Below, piece by piece: positions 49,708-64,000 of a stretch of DNA of 64,000 nucleotides (positions are counted from its first letter, which is position 1; each line of letters opens with the position of its first letter). Origin of the DNA: Tubiluchus corallicola (Eukaryota; Animalia; Priapulida); assembly GCA_030141605.1 (NCBI GenBank), contig JAQGDQ010000090.1, positions 434,001 to 498,000 on the forward strand, in the 5' to 3' direction. The position numbers were made by a program, and so were the translations under genes. The notes beneath the pieces are model-generated. The model made no database searches and was not told the origin of the DNA. It was given only the letters and a program-made list of their open reading frames with translations.

Positions 49708-52700
49708 ATAAATTTAAACTCCCGCGACAATTGTTAGGCACTTCCATTTTAGCGGTAAGTCATTCGAAATAAGTTTGAAAAAAACTATCAGGGCGTTCCC
49801 TGTACACTCTAGTTTGCTAACTAAGCAACAGCATAAATTACTTTATATTGTCAATTAGATCAACGATGTGTTTTGGTAAGCCAGGGTGCTCACTGGGATG
49901 GTGCTACGTTCGCGAATTAGCAGAAACATTTTAAATTATTAAGAAAATTCTTTTCCAATTATATGTCTTTCAAACAGGTAAGCTTAATGCTTAATTAAAG
50001 TATTACAACTTCGTATATAAAGTTTTTTGGGATATACTTTAAAATTTCCCTTTCTTCCCCTGTAATAGCTTCTTCTCTTATCCTGTTCAGCCGCAGAGTC
50101 CCAGAAAGCTTTAATATCTACAGTGCATAGAATTTCATATTATTTGACAAAATTAAAAGCGGTAGCTATGGATTAGTTATTTATAATGCTGCTTGGTCGC
50201 CAAGCTACTGAATATTTATTAAGCTTCTGGAGGATGTTGTAAGGTCAAATTGCAGCCGTTTGTGACTGTGTGAAAAGAGCTGAAGTTTAATTCTAGTTAT
50301 TCTACAAGGAGAACTTCAGTTTCATCCACTCTGCAATATTTCAGTGGCATTTTTGTTCCTGAGTAACTTGTTTGAAAGTTGAGTAATGCTAAAAACTTGC
50401 ATACTTAATTGGCAAGGTGCGAAAAAGTTAATGGAATCAATATCAACTGAGCTCACTGTCTCTTGCGAAATTAGCAAAATTCAACTAATCATGTTGCACA
50501 GTTATAACTTGCCTGCATGCGCAAGCCATAGACTGCCCTGGGGCGAAAGTGTTATAAAAACACTTTCTGTCATAATTAAACTCAAGTTTTTTGACATTTT
50601 TCTGAACTGAAAAATGCTAGAAAAAAATTGCAGATTTTTCTTAATTTTTTCATTACTCACTTATCACATAAATACATTTTAAGAGAGTTTTTTGAAACGA
50701 TTGACACACAACAAATATTTCAACCAACTGAGACAAAATGTTGCAGTCATTATGACATCGTGATCATCGTGACATTAAAGTCAAAGGGATCTGTAAATTA
50801 CAACAGTCAAAAATTCATCTAACATGTAGGGAGATTCCATGTCGACATGTAAAAGTACCGTAATTATTGTAACATATTGAAAGCATTTATAAATAATTAG
50901 AGAAAACATAAAAGACATGTGTAAGTACCTAATACTGCTTGCATTTAAACGGGCTTAAGAATAAGTATAACGTAATTCACATCATTTATGATCACAGGTG
51001 CGTAATGATCGAACTATTAGTACTATAGTTTGTATTTTTGTCGTACTGCGTAAAGACTAGGTAACTCCCCTAACCCATTTTTGCAGTCTTTGTGTTTTAA
51101 GGTGTGGTTTCTTGCTATTTGCAGCTGAAACCTTCGCAACTCCGTTCTAATATCCACCCTTGTATAAAAAGGCCTTTCATTGACCACAGCTTTGTTCATA
51201 GTTTCGCGTTTTTCATTTGAAGTCTTTACTGTTTGTAATTGTATAATTCACTCTGCATAATAAGTCATTTTAGGTATCAAAATGCTCTACTCATAAAAGA
51301 AAAGTTTAATTCATAAAACCTGCAAAACGAAAAGGAAATTATTTTCATATATATATATATATTTATTTATTTATTTATTTATATTTATATTTATTTATAT
51401 TTATATTTATTTAAATATAAATATAAAAATAATTTCCTTTTAGTTTATATTTTTCTGCAGTAAATTCGCTTATGGTAGCTGTTCTTCGATTAGCACAGTT
51501 ATGAACATCATTATAAATGTAGATAACTAAGATGGCCACTTGCGGCACACAGCAATATAGAGTTCTGTATGCACTGGAAGCTGACAATCGTCTGACAATT
51601 ATTTTGAGGAAATTAATGTAAATTAAAATTTTTATAACGATGAGTTTTTAAAATAACTTCGTTGTCAGAAAGCATGGTTTCCCGCAATACACATTAAGGT
51701 GCGGTTTATAACAGAAAGTTCTTGTGTGATGAAAATGGTGAAATAGTCCGATTCACGCACATTGATTTTCGTGTGTGCGGCAAGCAAAAATTACCTTCAT
51801 TAAATACATAAAAAGAGGTGTAGAAACGATGTTGTTTTATTCGATTTTAATATTTCGTTGCGTTTCTTGAGACATGTCAATTTCGCGAAAGAACATAGAA
51901 AAGGAGTAGAGCCACTTATTTAAGTTAATGTAATCATTGTCAGTAGAAAACAAGTATATTTACTTTCGCGTTTGTATATACTTTCGGTAGCAGTGCAGTT
52001 TTTTTGGTCGCAGCATTTTTGATGCCTAGTTCTCCTATAAATGCCGTTATGTCGCTGATCAGTCGAAGTGTTTCTCTTTTGCCGATGAAAACAATAACAG
52101 CAACACTAAGAAAAAACAAATTCTATTGAAACTTCTGATGCAGTTCAATAACTTAGTGACTTGATGTTAAAGAACTCTGTATTTGGTCAGTAATGGGATT
52201 AGTAGACGCAAGGAAAACTATTTCAGTTTCAGAGCAGTTTCATCTTACGTACGAGATTATATTCTCCCTTGACGAGAAAGCTTACGGTACGATAGTTAAT
52301 TATATATCGATGCATGACTAGCATGGCTGACGTAACGAACCTCTGCTGGTTCAGTGCTTCATCTTAGAGATTTATACGTGACAAATAGCCAGATTCCTGA
52401 CAACCGTTTATACTGGTAAGCCCTGCAGTTGAGCAATGATCAAAATACATTGATTTTTTTAAACAGAGAGAAAATTGCCCTGGATGCACTCCATGGGGCA
52501 TTCAGGACTGCAGCGTTTGAGAGAGAATACGATCAAAGGTCAAGTACTCTCGATGACCTGGCGTATTTTACGTTTTGTTTGACCTAATCTTGCTCAAAAG
52601 CCACTGTTTTAATATAGCAAGGTCCTGTAGAATCTTAGTTCAAATAAGTGAAACAGATACAAGGTCTTAGTTAGTGTATCAGTAATTATAAGTGGAAAAC

Positions 52701-52797
52701 GTATAAGAATTTACGTATAATTGTACTTGACACAAAAATTGTCCTTAGTTGTCCTTACCAAAGTCGTATGGTGGAATGTCAAGTTAGTATTACTTCA

Positions 52798-53102
52798 TTT
52801 TTAGCAAGTTCGTGGGGTCAGAGGTGCAATTTGTCTTTAGCAAGTTTTAAAGGTCAATGTGTAACTTGTGTTTAGACTCTTAAAATCAAGGTCGCAATTT
52901 ACCATTAACAAGTTCCGAAAATCAAGGGCACAACTAGTCTTTAGCACCCCCTCAAGGTCGGGAGTGCAACATTTTTAGAGATCAAGGGTGCATCTTACCT
53001 TTAACAAAAGCTATAAAGATCAAGGGTGCACTTGTCTTTAGTAAGCTGTGAAGGCCACGGGTGAAACTTGTCTATAGCAAATTCTTAAGGTCAAAGGTTG
53101 CA
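52798..53102. repeat. Degenerate minisatellite, period about 35-38 bp
   Basis: About 8 copies resembling TTTAGCAAGTT...AGGTCAAGGGTGCAACTTGTC. Confidence 0.75.
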
Positions 53103-56100
53103 GAATTCATAGCAAACAATAATCAAATTAGATTCTGAATCATCTTAGTATTGCGATTTATTCTGAGTTTTTATCGAACAAAACTTGATTAATTCTATAG
53201 CTGTTAATTAGTATCGCTTAATTAGAATCACTTAATTGGCTAAAGTTAATTATTTTTATTTTATTTATTTTAAACATTATTTTATTTTGGATCATTCAAA
53301 TTTTACAACTTGTTTCCAGATTTTCTTCAGCACAGCAAATATATTTACATAGTTACACCAAAAGTTTATGGTCACATCACAAAGAAAGGTACATTACACA
53401 AAATATACAGTTTGTACAAAAATTAAAAGAAAGCGGTCAATTTTTATTTTAGTTTAGTGGAATAACGTGTTGACTTCAAAGCAAAAGAAAGTGCTAAGCA
53501 GGCAACGCGTATTTGAAAAAGTAGGAAAAAAGCTAGAAATCCAGTAATAGGAGGATTGTCATTAATGTAGATTTGAAAAAACTGTGATCCTAGAGTGGGT
53601 CCTTGTAGTGCAGTGCAGTTTATATAGTCTGCGGTTATTCTGTAGTACGTATAAACTGGTTATTTTGCGTCGTTCTTTTTCATGCTGAGGAAGGAGTGAG
53701 AGCCTAAAAGCTGGGCACTAAACCAAAACCTACGAGAAAATTCTCGTCATTGCATCACTGGTGTCAGTCATAGTGAACCCAAGTTCTGCTGTATGCAGTG
53801 TATCGAGAAGCTACTGCGATTATATTATAAGGTGCAAATACCCAGCATGTACAGCAAAGGCAACAAAAGCTCTGCCGTGCAATTTCTATATCATCAAGCA
53901 CTTGTCGGAGCGTAAGTAATTATTTAGAAATCGATGGGTTTGGCTAACACGTCAGGCAGAAGTGGCGGTCGCGAGCCGAGCTAGACGCGAAACCAACACC
54001 GTGGTAAATATAAACAAACCTGCTGCTTGCTCGGCGCAGTTTTGGGTTTCAGTGTAGTGGAATATTAGCGGAAGTTAAACATCGTGTACTTCCGATCCCG
54101 CCCTGTTGGCGATAACGACTTTGCACGGGTGAAAAATGAAATAAGCCGTCGCAGAAGATAAAGTAAGCTGGCATCAGAATGCTCCATGTTTTCATTCGCC
54201 ACCGTCGGCGTTGTCGTCATCGGTGTCATCATCATTATCATGGCCGTCCACTCATCACCGCCATCATCATAATCGTTATCGGTATTGTCATCATCAATGT
54301 AGTCATTTCTGTTTCTAACCGAGTACCAGTGTAAGTTTTTTGCCACCACTGTTGCAGCGCTATTATTGTCATCTTTATCGAATAAGAATTAGCAAAGGAA
54401 ATTAAAATTAGCAGGTTTCTGGTTAAGATGATCAGTGACAAAGTCGTGGATTAGTGGAAATTGACGCTTGCAAAGTTCAAGGAGGCGCTGCAAAAGAGAA
54501 ACCGCCGTAGAGATGACGTTACTCGCGTACGAAGCAGCTGCATATGGGATTTCGTTGTTTCACAATCCAACGAAAACGCCAAGTAACCATATAACTATTT
54601 GCTGGTTATTCTCAGAAGGTTGGGTAGCACAAAGTACCGCAGACCTGCAACATCTTGTGTAGGCGTATCATAATGTACTGTACTGCGCTCACATAAAATA
54701 ATTATGCTGTGCCAATTTTTTTTATAAAACACACAAGCGCCTTTTTGTCAAGGTTTTCTCTGTATAATTGGTTTATATAGAGATGTTCTGGCAACTAATA
54801 ATAAACAGTCAAGACAGCTAGTGTTTAAAATTTAGTGATTTTTGCCTGATCTTTCTTATTTGATCATATTGTTGTAAAAGCATATTTACAACGAAAGCAC
54901 GTTTTCGAAAATATGCAATAAATTTGTCAATTGATTTTAAACCTTTACACTAAACCGCCATTAAAAGGTGATAGACATACAATGTAAGCTATGTGGCTTC
55001 GAGGGCAATCAGGACCAAATCAGTTCATTTCCATGTTCCAAATACAAAAAAGAACTGGCCTTGAAATTTTACATTTATTATTCTAACTCAGTGTCCGTTT
55101 GTGGACAACTTGACAAGGCTGGAATCGAGTTGTCCAGAATAGTTGTGTAACATATGGTGCACTGGACCAATAGGGGCGTTTTAGGCACGACGGGATGCGG
55201 TCACATTCTCTCTGAACAAACAGAACCACGAAAATGCCCTAGGCCGCTAGGTGGCATTATAAATTAAGCTGAAGCCGTAATGTCGCAGACTGGGTTCGGG
55301 GTTAAAGACTCAACTTTAGTTATTAATCTAATGTAACTGTTCGATAAGATTTAAAGACTTAAATTGTCCTTCTGATAACGTGGTAGTTTCTCGCCCGTAG
55401 GCGCAAACATTATATCTTTTTTCTAAACTAGTAAGAATACTATTTACTGATATATATATGTATTTTAATTATACCAGTGTTTTAATCAAGTCACATCTTT
55501 CAATGTTTTGCTGAGGATAATGGACTGTTCAACTGGCAAAACTATAACATTTTGTCACAATAACCAATTCATATTATACTTATGTATGTTGGTATGTAAT
55601 TTCAATGAAGTTTCAAAAAATGGTCAGTCAGCATTTCTGAAAAAAAATTTAATAGAATTTCAAAAAAAGTGTTTTAATTTGATTTTTTAAAGGCTTCGCT
55701 TACTGTAAAAGTAATAAAACCTGAATACACTAATTGTTATTCTTATAAATTTAGTACTTTACATTCTTCATTTCCACTGTATTATACTAATTTTAAATTG
55801 TCTAACTTACAATACTTTACATCCAGTTTGATGACACTACACAAGAATAAAAGCATATGTTTCGAAACTAGAGGCTATAGTGGATTTAGTTTACTTTCCC
55901 ATATTTTTGTTTTTTGTCATTCATTATGTGTTACGTAATTTTGCGTTAGTGTTTTACAGGAGGACAGACAATTAGATGATAAACAAATGTTAAAGTTAAG
56001 CTATTTATCAACAGATGGCACTATACGAAGTTTTTTGTTACGCAGTGACTATGGTCATCCACATTTGCGTCGAAGGCAGTAACCGACTGTCGTTTGCAGG

Positions 56101-59100
56101 TGTCACATATCAACTCGTTCAAGAATGCCCTAACGCTATTATTAGCACTTTAACCCAAAAAGTAACCATTCCTATTCCACAGAATTTTGCGTTTCGTGGA
56201 AATAGGTACTACAGCACTACTGCTGTATGGAAGCTATGCAACCTCGGTGTTGGTGAAAATGATCTGGATAGTTGGGGTGTTGCATTGCATCCAGAAAATA
56301 AATGATTATACTAGCATAAATTACTTTGCATTAGGGTTTGTAATTAGTAGCGAACTCTTGGAATGATGCAAACATGAACTTTTTGAATTAAATTTTCATT
56401 TGTCATTTAAACGACCGCGTTTGGCAATATTTCAAAGCTTAGCCACGCGGGAGAAGGGACGTACTATATTATGGAATTAAGAAAGTTTCCGTAATTTTTC
56501 GTTATTGTTTATTACCTTAAGTACACACAGTGTAAATACAAGTCGGCGAAACATCTTTTTCAATAGCGGAAATCTTCATCCGGAGTCTTGCTTAGCCGGT
56601 AGATCGCTTCTTGTCGCTGAATCGCTGATTAATGCAGCTTTATTTACTTTAATCTGGCATTGTTTGCACAGAAGTCAAGTCAAGATGTAGAGCTTGCTGG
56701 CAAGCCGTTCAGAAATTTACTTACATAAGGCCTAGTTCAGGCACTAATAAATTAAACATACCGATGTATGGACACGAGTAACCTCAGGGGAAGATTATTT
56801 TATGTAAAACTAATACGAAAACCATGAGAATGATATCTTGTAGAACAAACTGAGAGATGGCGAGCGTAAAGGTTTCACTTTGGAATGAAATGAAATTCTA
56901 GCTGATAGTCTATCAATCAAAACATTCGTATCTATCTTGGAGAACATGGAGAACATTGAAAAAACGATGTTTTGTTAGAGAACATTTTCTAATAAGGCTT
57001 AAATAAAACATGACGGCAAACACACTCAGATAAATTAAGCACCTCTCTCTCAACGAGTTTGTTTTCTGACAAATGATTTCATACAGTGAATTAATCCCAT
57101 AATAAGGAAATTAAAGACGCACGTTTAAGTCAGATACTGCCTTTGGGTGAAAGATAAATGAAAAATGAGGCAAAAGATTATTAAAGTTCTTGGATTTTTT
57201 AATCCTTTGTATAGAAATTTTCAAGTGAATATTTACATATTTTTATTCAGGTATCTGAAAAATTGTCCTGCATAATTCAAACACGCTCGATGAAGTTTGG
57301 TTTGATATTATATATGGTTACCCTCCCATTGCTCCACTGATTCCTCATCCATGCTCTTCTAATTTTTTTTGCTGAAGGGATGGTCTTTTCTGGATCTTCC
57401 GTAAAACATCGCTAGCTCTTGCTGACTACTTACTGACATTGCTACCAGGCTTAAGTTTGACGTGGTACGGGAAGACTTGGACGCGTGTTACTTTTTAATG
57501 ACTGTTCTTGTTTGTTAGTTTTGTCTATTTTTTTGGAACGTGTAATTTTAAGTAAACTTTTGTTTATTAACTATGTTGTACTTTATGAAACATTTACACA
57601 AAAGCAAAAGACATATTATGCACTCGTAATTTGATACAGAGAAACAGTTTTACAGTTTAATAATTTATCGTGTAGACGGCACTTTAGAACATTCAACCGT
57701 GGCACCCGCAATTAAGCCATAACAATCGATTACTGACTTCAATTAATTTAATTGCAGAAAAATAATTTCTAGACTGTTTGTACTACAATGGGTCTCTCTA
57801 AATCTTGCTTTAAGTTCAGTTAGTGCAATGAAAATGAAGCATATGCCTAAAATGTCTTAGGTTACCAATGATTTTGTATTTTAGTGATAAAAGTATTTGC
57901 AGTGCATGGACAGTTGATCCAGTATTCTTCCGACGACTGTCAAATGCCGGTTACCAGGGCGATTAGTGGCAGTAGGTGGATACGCTGCATCTTCTGTCAC
58001 ATTTAAGCAAACATATATGTTCAGGGATTTTGGGGTCATTGTTTTCAGGTGGGTCACAGTTGCCCAAATGACACCTATTCGCAATTATACTGTATACTGT
58101 GGGCTTTACTAGACATGGGTTTATTTATGTTTGATATCAGTTTACTGTTATTTATTGGTAACTTTAAATTTGCTTTACATTTTATCAAATACTCTACTTA
58201 GTATAAAATCATATTATATATTATAGATAAAGTACTTTTATTCCAGTCGTTGAATTTCAAGTTCAAAAGAATTACAATAAACTGTACAAGAAACAAGAAG
58301 TAATTTGCCAAGCACTGAATAAAGACGTATTCTTTGTAAAGTAATTCGATACAATAAATAGTTTCAATATAATAAAAAATTATACAGAGTCCAAAATTCA
58401 TGGAATGATAAAAAAATAAAACTGGGAATCTGGCCTAAAAACATTTGTGGGATTAAAAAGGTTGGACTTGGCCCGCGCAGATTCGTTTTTGGCTTTAAGA
58501 ACACAGTAATATAAGCTAAGTTTATAATAAGCAATAGCTAAGTTTGCAGTTTTCTGTTTGAAATCTTTGAACTTCATATGGTTCCGGTGTGATGCTACAA
58601 GTTTGTGGAAATTTTTAATGTATATTCATTGGTTTTAGAAACGACCGCACGGCGCCCAAACAGGATTACAAAATATTGCACTTCCGTGCCGTTTTCCTCA
58701 GTGTCTGCAATTAGGCTTTCATATTTACTCTTTGTGAAATTTGTGTGTTTTTTTCAATTTTTAGATCGAAAAGGACTGTCAGCTCAAATATGAATAATTT
58801 CTTTAAGAGTTTATTAAATATGCACTTCTCGGGAATAGGCGCAACTTTTTGTGTTACTTTTAATGGTCTTGTTACAAATGACTAGTTGTATAGAAGTTAA
58901 GTTATTTTGTGAGAGGCAATTAGTTCTTGACGTTGTCCCAGACGGATAAATGAGGAGTAAAGATCGCTTACTGGCGGCCTAAAAGGAACGAGGTTTTGGA
59001 AGAATATTTTCCAAATTCGAAGGTAATAATTTGAACTGTCCCAGTCCAGACTATATTTCCTATAGCAAATCATCGTGGCTTCTTTTTCGCTTGTTGAAAC

Positions 59101-60355
59101 TTTGGGATAGCTAATTAGAAAGACGACGATACTAGTTTGTTTTGTGCGCAGCTGCAGCTGACTTGTGTCCACAGATAAAAAATTGTTTTAATCGAAAACT
59201 CCTCACACAAAATGTGCGAAAACTTTTCCATTACTCAAAAGTTAATTATTGCTTTCCTGATTTTAGACACAGCACGACCTTGCAGATGTCCTTTAGAACC
59301 TATAAACAACATGCAAATTATTGAGAAATAATGCCTGGGGGAGCCACTGTAACCTGACCGTCAATTTATTTCATCAACCTTTTCTTGATAGTACGTTTCG
59401 TTAGAAGAAATGCTCGTTTACTAATGCTCGTTCAGTCATGCTCTATTGTATATCGCATAAATAATAACGCAATGTCCCTTTATGTGCTTGCTGGGGCTGA
59501 GGGTACAAAAGTCGGTGTACTGAGGTTGTGGGTGCTGAGCTAGTAGGAGTGTTACCGCGTGTATGGGTATACATGCTAGAACAATTTAATTTATTACAAA
59601 TTTATACAAAGTTTATTTATACTCATAATCAGGCATTTAGAAACAATTTTAATCTATAGCCGAAGAGAAAAAATGAAGATTGAGCAATTATTTAAAATGA
59701 ATTCTTTGAGGTGTTTTTTCCGCTGCGTGTAATACCCAGGACTACTTTTCCCCGTGGCGTAATACTCTTTACTAAGCGTAATAGCACGATACGCTTTTCC
59801 AGCAGGCGTGACACTCACGTCACTTCGTGCTCATCAGAACCTCTTTCTCGCCTCTCATGTATAATAGCTTGAGTGTAAGCAGTACTTGGGGGAAATGCTC
59901 CTAGCTGTTAGAATATATATTAGATGTTATTCACGAGACTTTTTTATGGCTTAAAAAAACTCTAAATTGTCTTCTTCCCTGTCACTTTCTGTCTGGTACA
60001 CAAAACAGTCTAAATAGCCTGCAACACACTGGAAACGTATAAATAAATATTAAATGTAAAAATGTCTGTACAATTCCTTGGCGAGTCGTTAATAATAGAG
60101 TACCGCTGCGAGTTTTAATGCTTATAATGTTATGGTACTTATAAACGCTGAAGAAATCATCAAGCTGAACAATACAAGCGTGTTTCTTGTACCTGGGAGT
60201 GAATTGTTTTCTAAACTGTGAAGTGGATAAGACGTTAATTAAGGCGTGTAAGTGGAAACGTTGTCTATATTTAAAGTTAAATAAAAGTTAATAACTACTG
60301 TTTTGAGATATTTGTACATGTTCGGGTGGTGGTCTTGAAAAGCTGTTTATAGTCA

Positions 60356-60356
<1 letters not shown>

Positions 60357-60386
<30 letters not shown>

Positions 60387-60409
60387 GTTATTGTTATTGT
60401 TTTTATTAC

Positions 60410-60482
<73 letters not shown>
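60357..60482. repeat. (TAT)n microsatellite
   Basis: Directly visible; explains the poly-N ORF. Confidence 0.97.
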
Positions 60483-61493
60483 ATCTATTGATAGATGCAC
60501 TATTATTATCATCATCACCATTGTTATGCATTTTATTAGTACCTAAAATTGATACAGCACGTGAAACTAAATTACAAATAACATGAACCTATAGCTACTA
60601 ACTAATCAAATCACCTGATTACTAAAGTCATGTATAATATTCCTGGCTTTGCTACAATAATTATAAGATATCGTAAGACGCACTAATATCTGATTTAATT
60701 CACATTAAACAAAAGTGAACCATTTTTATGATAGCTGCAAAAGTACTTGATAGGCTAGGTGATACAATAATTTTATATTAGCTAGAATTCTACAACTTAC
60801 GCAATCATGTTGCTCCAAATATAACAGCAGGAAGTGTTAGAACGACTTGCAGTTAAAAACTATTATAACAAGCTTTCTGTTTCTAAAACTGCTCCATGCG
60901 GGCCTGTACTTTTGCATGTAGCTCCTACTTGTAAACTGCTTTTATACTGCAATTGTAAATTATTTGTACTTGGTGGTATTAATGTGCCTATACTTGTCTG
61001 GTGCCATACTTGCACTGGGTTCTAGAGAGCTAATTGTGCTTGTTCTCATATAGTACTTGTACTTGCTAAAAGTCACATACTTGTTTTTGTTTTCTGCTGT
61101 TTGTACTTATTTGTAACCAAGTCTAGTATTTGCGTTGTACTGCACGTGTTTGTACTTGTCCTCGTGGTGGACTTGTAGATGCACATAATTGAACCAAAAT
61201 TCGTGATTTGCTATGCACAAACTGTAAAACTTAGGTTTCTCAGTTCATATTGTTTTTAAGCCAGTGAGAGTCTTGGTGAGAATGTCGCAGGTTTGTTCTG
61301 CGTGGTGAAGATCACGACCTTATGTACTCGAATGACTTAAGTGACGTAACTTTAAAAAATGGTTCATACAAGAGACTAACTTTTCATTGTTCACATTTGT
61401 ATACATTATAATGCACTGTATAATGTTTATGTCAAAAACGAAAATATAAATAACATCGAGACGAACCTAAGTCCTCTTGTCCGTTTTGCTTCG

Positions 61494-61550
61494 CGCACGC
61501 ACGCACGCGCGCACACACACACACACACACACGCACGCGCACACACGCAC

Positions 61551-61604
<54 letters not shown>
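61494..61604. repeat. (CA)n/(CACG)n microsatellite
   Basis: Directly visible. Confidence 0.95.
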
Positions 61605-61606
<2 letters not shown>

Positions 61607-62149
61607 AACTATTACACACTCAACTATTACTTGACGCCATCCTACAACAATACTAGAAGTGCTACCATCTACAAGTGACAATGCATACCTTTCACACTGA
61701 ATGGTTGTCAAAGGAAAACAGGATGCTTTTTCATATCCTAGCCCATTTGAAGTACGCTAAAAATATACATTTTAACACCAATAATGCTGGTACAACATTT
61801 CAGGTAATTAAACGATAGATTAAAGGCTTAATTAAGGGCGGGCGAGCCCAATTATGCAGGTTCTCTTGCCCATCTAACTAGCCGCGCGAATGAAAAATTC
61901 CGTTTGCGTGGTAATAATTCTTTCACGTAATGACGCAAGCAATTCTTGAAAAAATATTATGTTCACTTTCAATGTGTTAAAGAGTAGATTGTTTTCATTT
62001 ACTTTTTAAGATTGGGTTCGGTTTTCATTTAATTTAAACTGCATTTTCTTTTATATTTCTGGACGGTGCCTTATTATTATCTTTCTATGAAGAAGGGTTG
62101 AACAGGCGTTGTACAAGACGGACGTCCTGGCCAACGTACGTGTTCTATA

Positions 62150-62480
62150 ACGCACTTGCGCATCAAGGAAAGTTCCACGATCTCGACCTAGGTTGTCCAG
62201 AGATAGAACGTTGCAGAGCTCTTGGTGTTTTTGGTGTTCATAGACATGGATATGAACTCCCAAGGATTTAATAAACATCAGTATCACGTATCAAAGCAAG
62301 TTACACCATATCACACTCTTCTGTATATGATATAAATACCTTGAAAGAACGGGCGTTTCATTTGGACATTTCGACATCTCGCTAAATAGACAAGTGCATG
62401 CAATGGAGTGTTATTGCCTTTAAATTTTCTAGCAAATATGTCTTGTCAAGTGTGTACGTCCCCTGAGTCTAGGTCGTTTG
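62150..62480 (+). mobile_element. Possible highly decayed BEL/Pao LTR pol remnant
   Basis: DLDLGCPEIERCRALGVF resembles BEL/Pao 'LDL..LP.ERALGV.W'; downstream VLSSVYVP resembles 'SSVYDPLG'; frames are broken. Confidence 0.3.
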
Positions 62481-62878
62481 ATTTACATTATTATCCCGAT
62501 CTATTGCTTGTGTTTATAGAGTGTCATCCATCGTGTCAAACGTATCGCATTCATGTCTCTGTAGTATCACACTAGCTGTGCATAGGAAACCAGCTGATTG
62601 GCATGATACTACATTATTCAGCCTGTGCTCTCACTTCAACTTGTTCATTACATTATTTGTGCGTACTGCTGTTAATATTTGATAACTCCTGTAATTGCTT
62701 AGAGGTAATGTCAATTAGCAGTTGATCGTTTAATATTTAATGGCTTAAAGTTATAGTATTTTGTAGTTAATTAGGGTGGCAGTGTTGCGTGACATTTCTG
62801 TTTATTGTCTGTGTGAAATAGTTGGTTATCTTGCCTGTAGGTGACGTTCATTCTTTTGGGTAGTGGAAATATGCATGA

Positions 62879-63028
62879 TAGTTCCTTCCGGTTGTCTTGG
62901 CGCCAAAAAGTGTCACCTAGTTCCTTCCAATTGTCTTGGCGCCAAAAAAGTGTCTCATAGTTACTTCTGGTTGCTTTGGAGCCAAAAAGCGTCTCATAGT
63001 TCCTTCCGGTTGTCTTGGCGCCAAAAAA
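62879..63028. repeat. Minisatellite, about 4 copies of about 39-40 bp
   Basis: TAGTTCCTTCCGGTTGTCTTGGCGCCAAAAAGTGTCTCA repeated head to tail with no spacers. Confidence 0.9.
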
Positions 63029-64000
63029 TTGTTTGTTGTGTAGGCGTTAGCAGCACGTTTTTAATAAGAGAATATCGCGTTATTTTGTTACTCCTAAACG
63101 TCTACTAGTTAAGCTATTAAATGCCAATTGAGTGATATGAAATGACATGATTTCATATCAATGGCTTCTTAAACTCACTAACACGATAGTGGTAAAGGGG
63201 TTTCAGTCTGAACTACCGGTACTTTTAGGGGTGACAACTAGTTTGGTAACCATGCAGAGTGGCCCGCCCAAGCGCCTACGCTACAATATTTAAGATCTTC
63301 CCTGTCAGCAAAAACATAGCTCTGTAGATTTTGTATCCTCTTAATTACTATGGATTCGGCCGTTGATGATACAATAATTCTATAACTGTGATGTAGTAAG
63401 TAACGCAAAATATTCCTCAAAAAATATTATGGTGTCTAATGTCTAACCTCGTACTGCAGGCATCGATTAAATGTTTGTTCCCTCTAACATAAACATTGTA
63501 CCATGTATCTATAATTGTTTGTCGTTATAAATCTGTTTACATGCATATTTGGAAGGTCTAGTGCAGCAAAACAAACAATTTTGCAAAAATCAGGGACTTT
63601 AAATTGTAAGTAAATGCATCTGGGAAATTTTGCCATTTCTGGCGAAGAGGGATAAACTATGTTGCCTCTAGAATTCCTTCCCAGCTTTGAAAAATAGACT
63701 TTTGTTTCCTTTTAACGCAGTTCTCTCATCATTTCTCTGTGTACACACGATTGATCTAATAAGCTCTTTGCCTGTAATAGACATCCACTGATTTCACGTG
63801 AATCAAACAGGAACCTGCAACCGATCAAGTTTTCGCTGCTGTAATCGAATACAACGTATTCCAATATCGTCATTTCAAAGTCAGAGGTATCCAAATATTG
63901 AATTCAGTTATGCCAGCTTTGCGAAACTGTTTTACTCCTATCGAAAATCGATGAGTTTTACCCGGCGAGAAACGCGATGGAGATATTTCGTGAATCTCGT

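Noticed and set aside
52798-53102. About 37-bp periodic repeats as a possible CRISPR array
   Set aside because: Highly degenerate contiguous units without repeat-spacer alternation.
54065-54349. Acidic 94-aa ORF on the minus strand
   Set aside because: Openness is largely explained by degenerate (CAT/CGT)n triplets; no ATG at the start and no recognisable domain.
62879-63028. CRISPR-like 39-40 bp repeats
   Set aside because: Units are head to tail with no unique spacers, there are no cas genes and the context is eukaryotic: a minisatellite.
63712-64000. Minus-strand ORF at the window edge
   Set aside because: Stops in all upstream frames and no recognisable motif; cannot be assigned.

Overview
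AT-rich eukaryotic (animal, probably invertebrate) genomic DNA with spliceosomal introns, microsatellites and transposon relics. No prokaryotic features (CRISPR, operons) are supported. Three protein-coding genes can be built by hand with phase-consistent splice sites. (1) A 7-exon glucoside xylosyltransferase (GXYLT/shams-like, GT8) on + at 1217-8027, with one GC-AG intron. (2) An intronless 440-aa protein with an N-terminal HSF-type DNA-binding domain on + at 13633-14955, between two decayed LINE RT fragments. (3) The main finding: a minus-strand gene of at least 11 coding exons (20503 to at least 36253) encoding a protein of at least about 2,920 aa. It ends in a complete but divergent Eyes absent (EYA) HAD phosphatase domain with all catalytic motifs intact. 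This is preceded by about 2,700 aa of apparently disordered, motif-rich sequence, mostly from one 6,983-nt exon. The 5' end of this gene is unresolved. 36.3-64 kb is largely non-coding: MITE-like elements, hairpins, local duplications, minisatellites and a few unassigned ORF-like remnants. All homology calls come from recalled motifs, not database searches.
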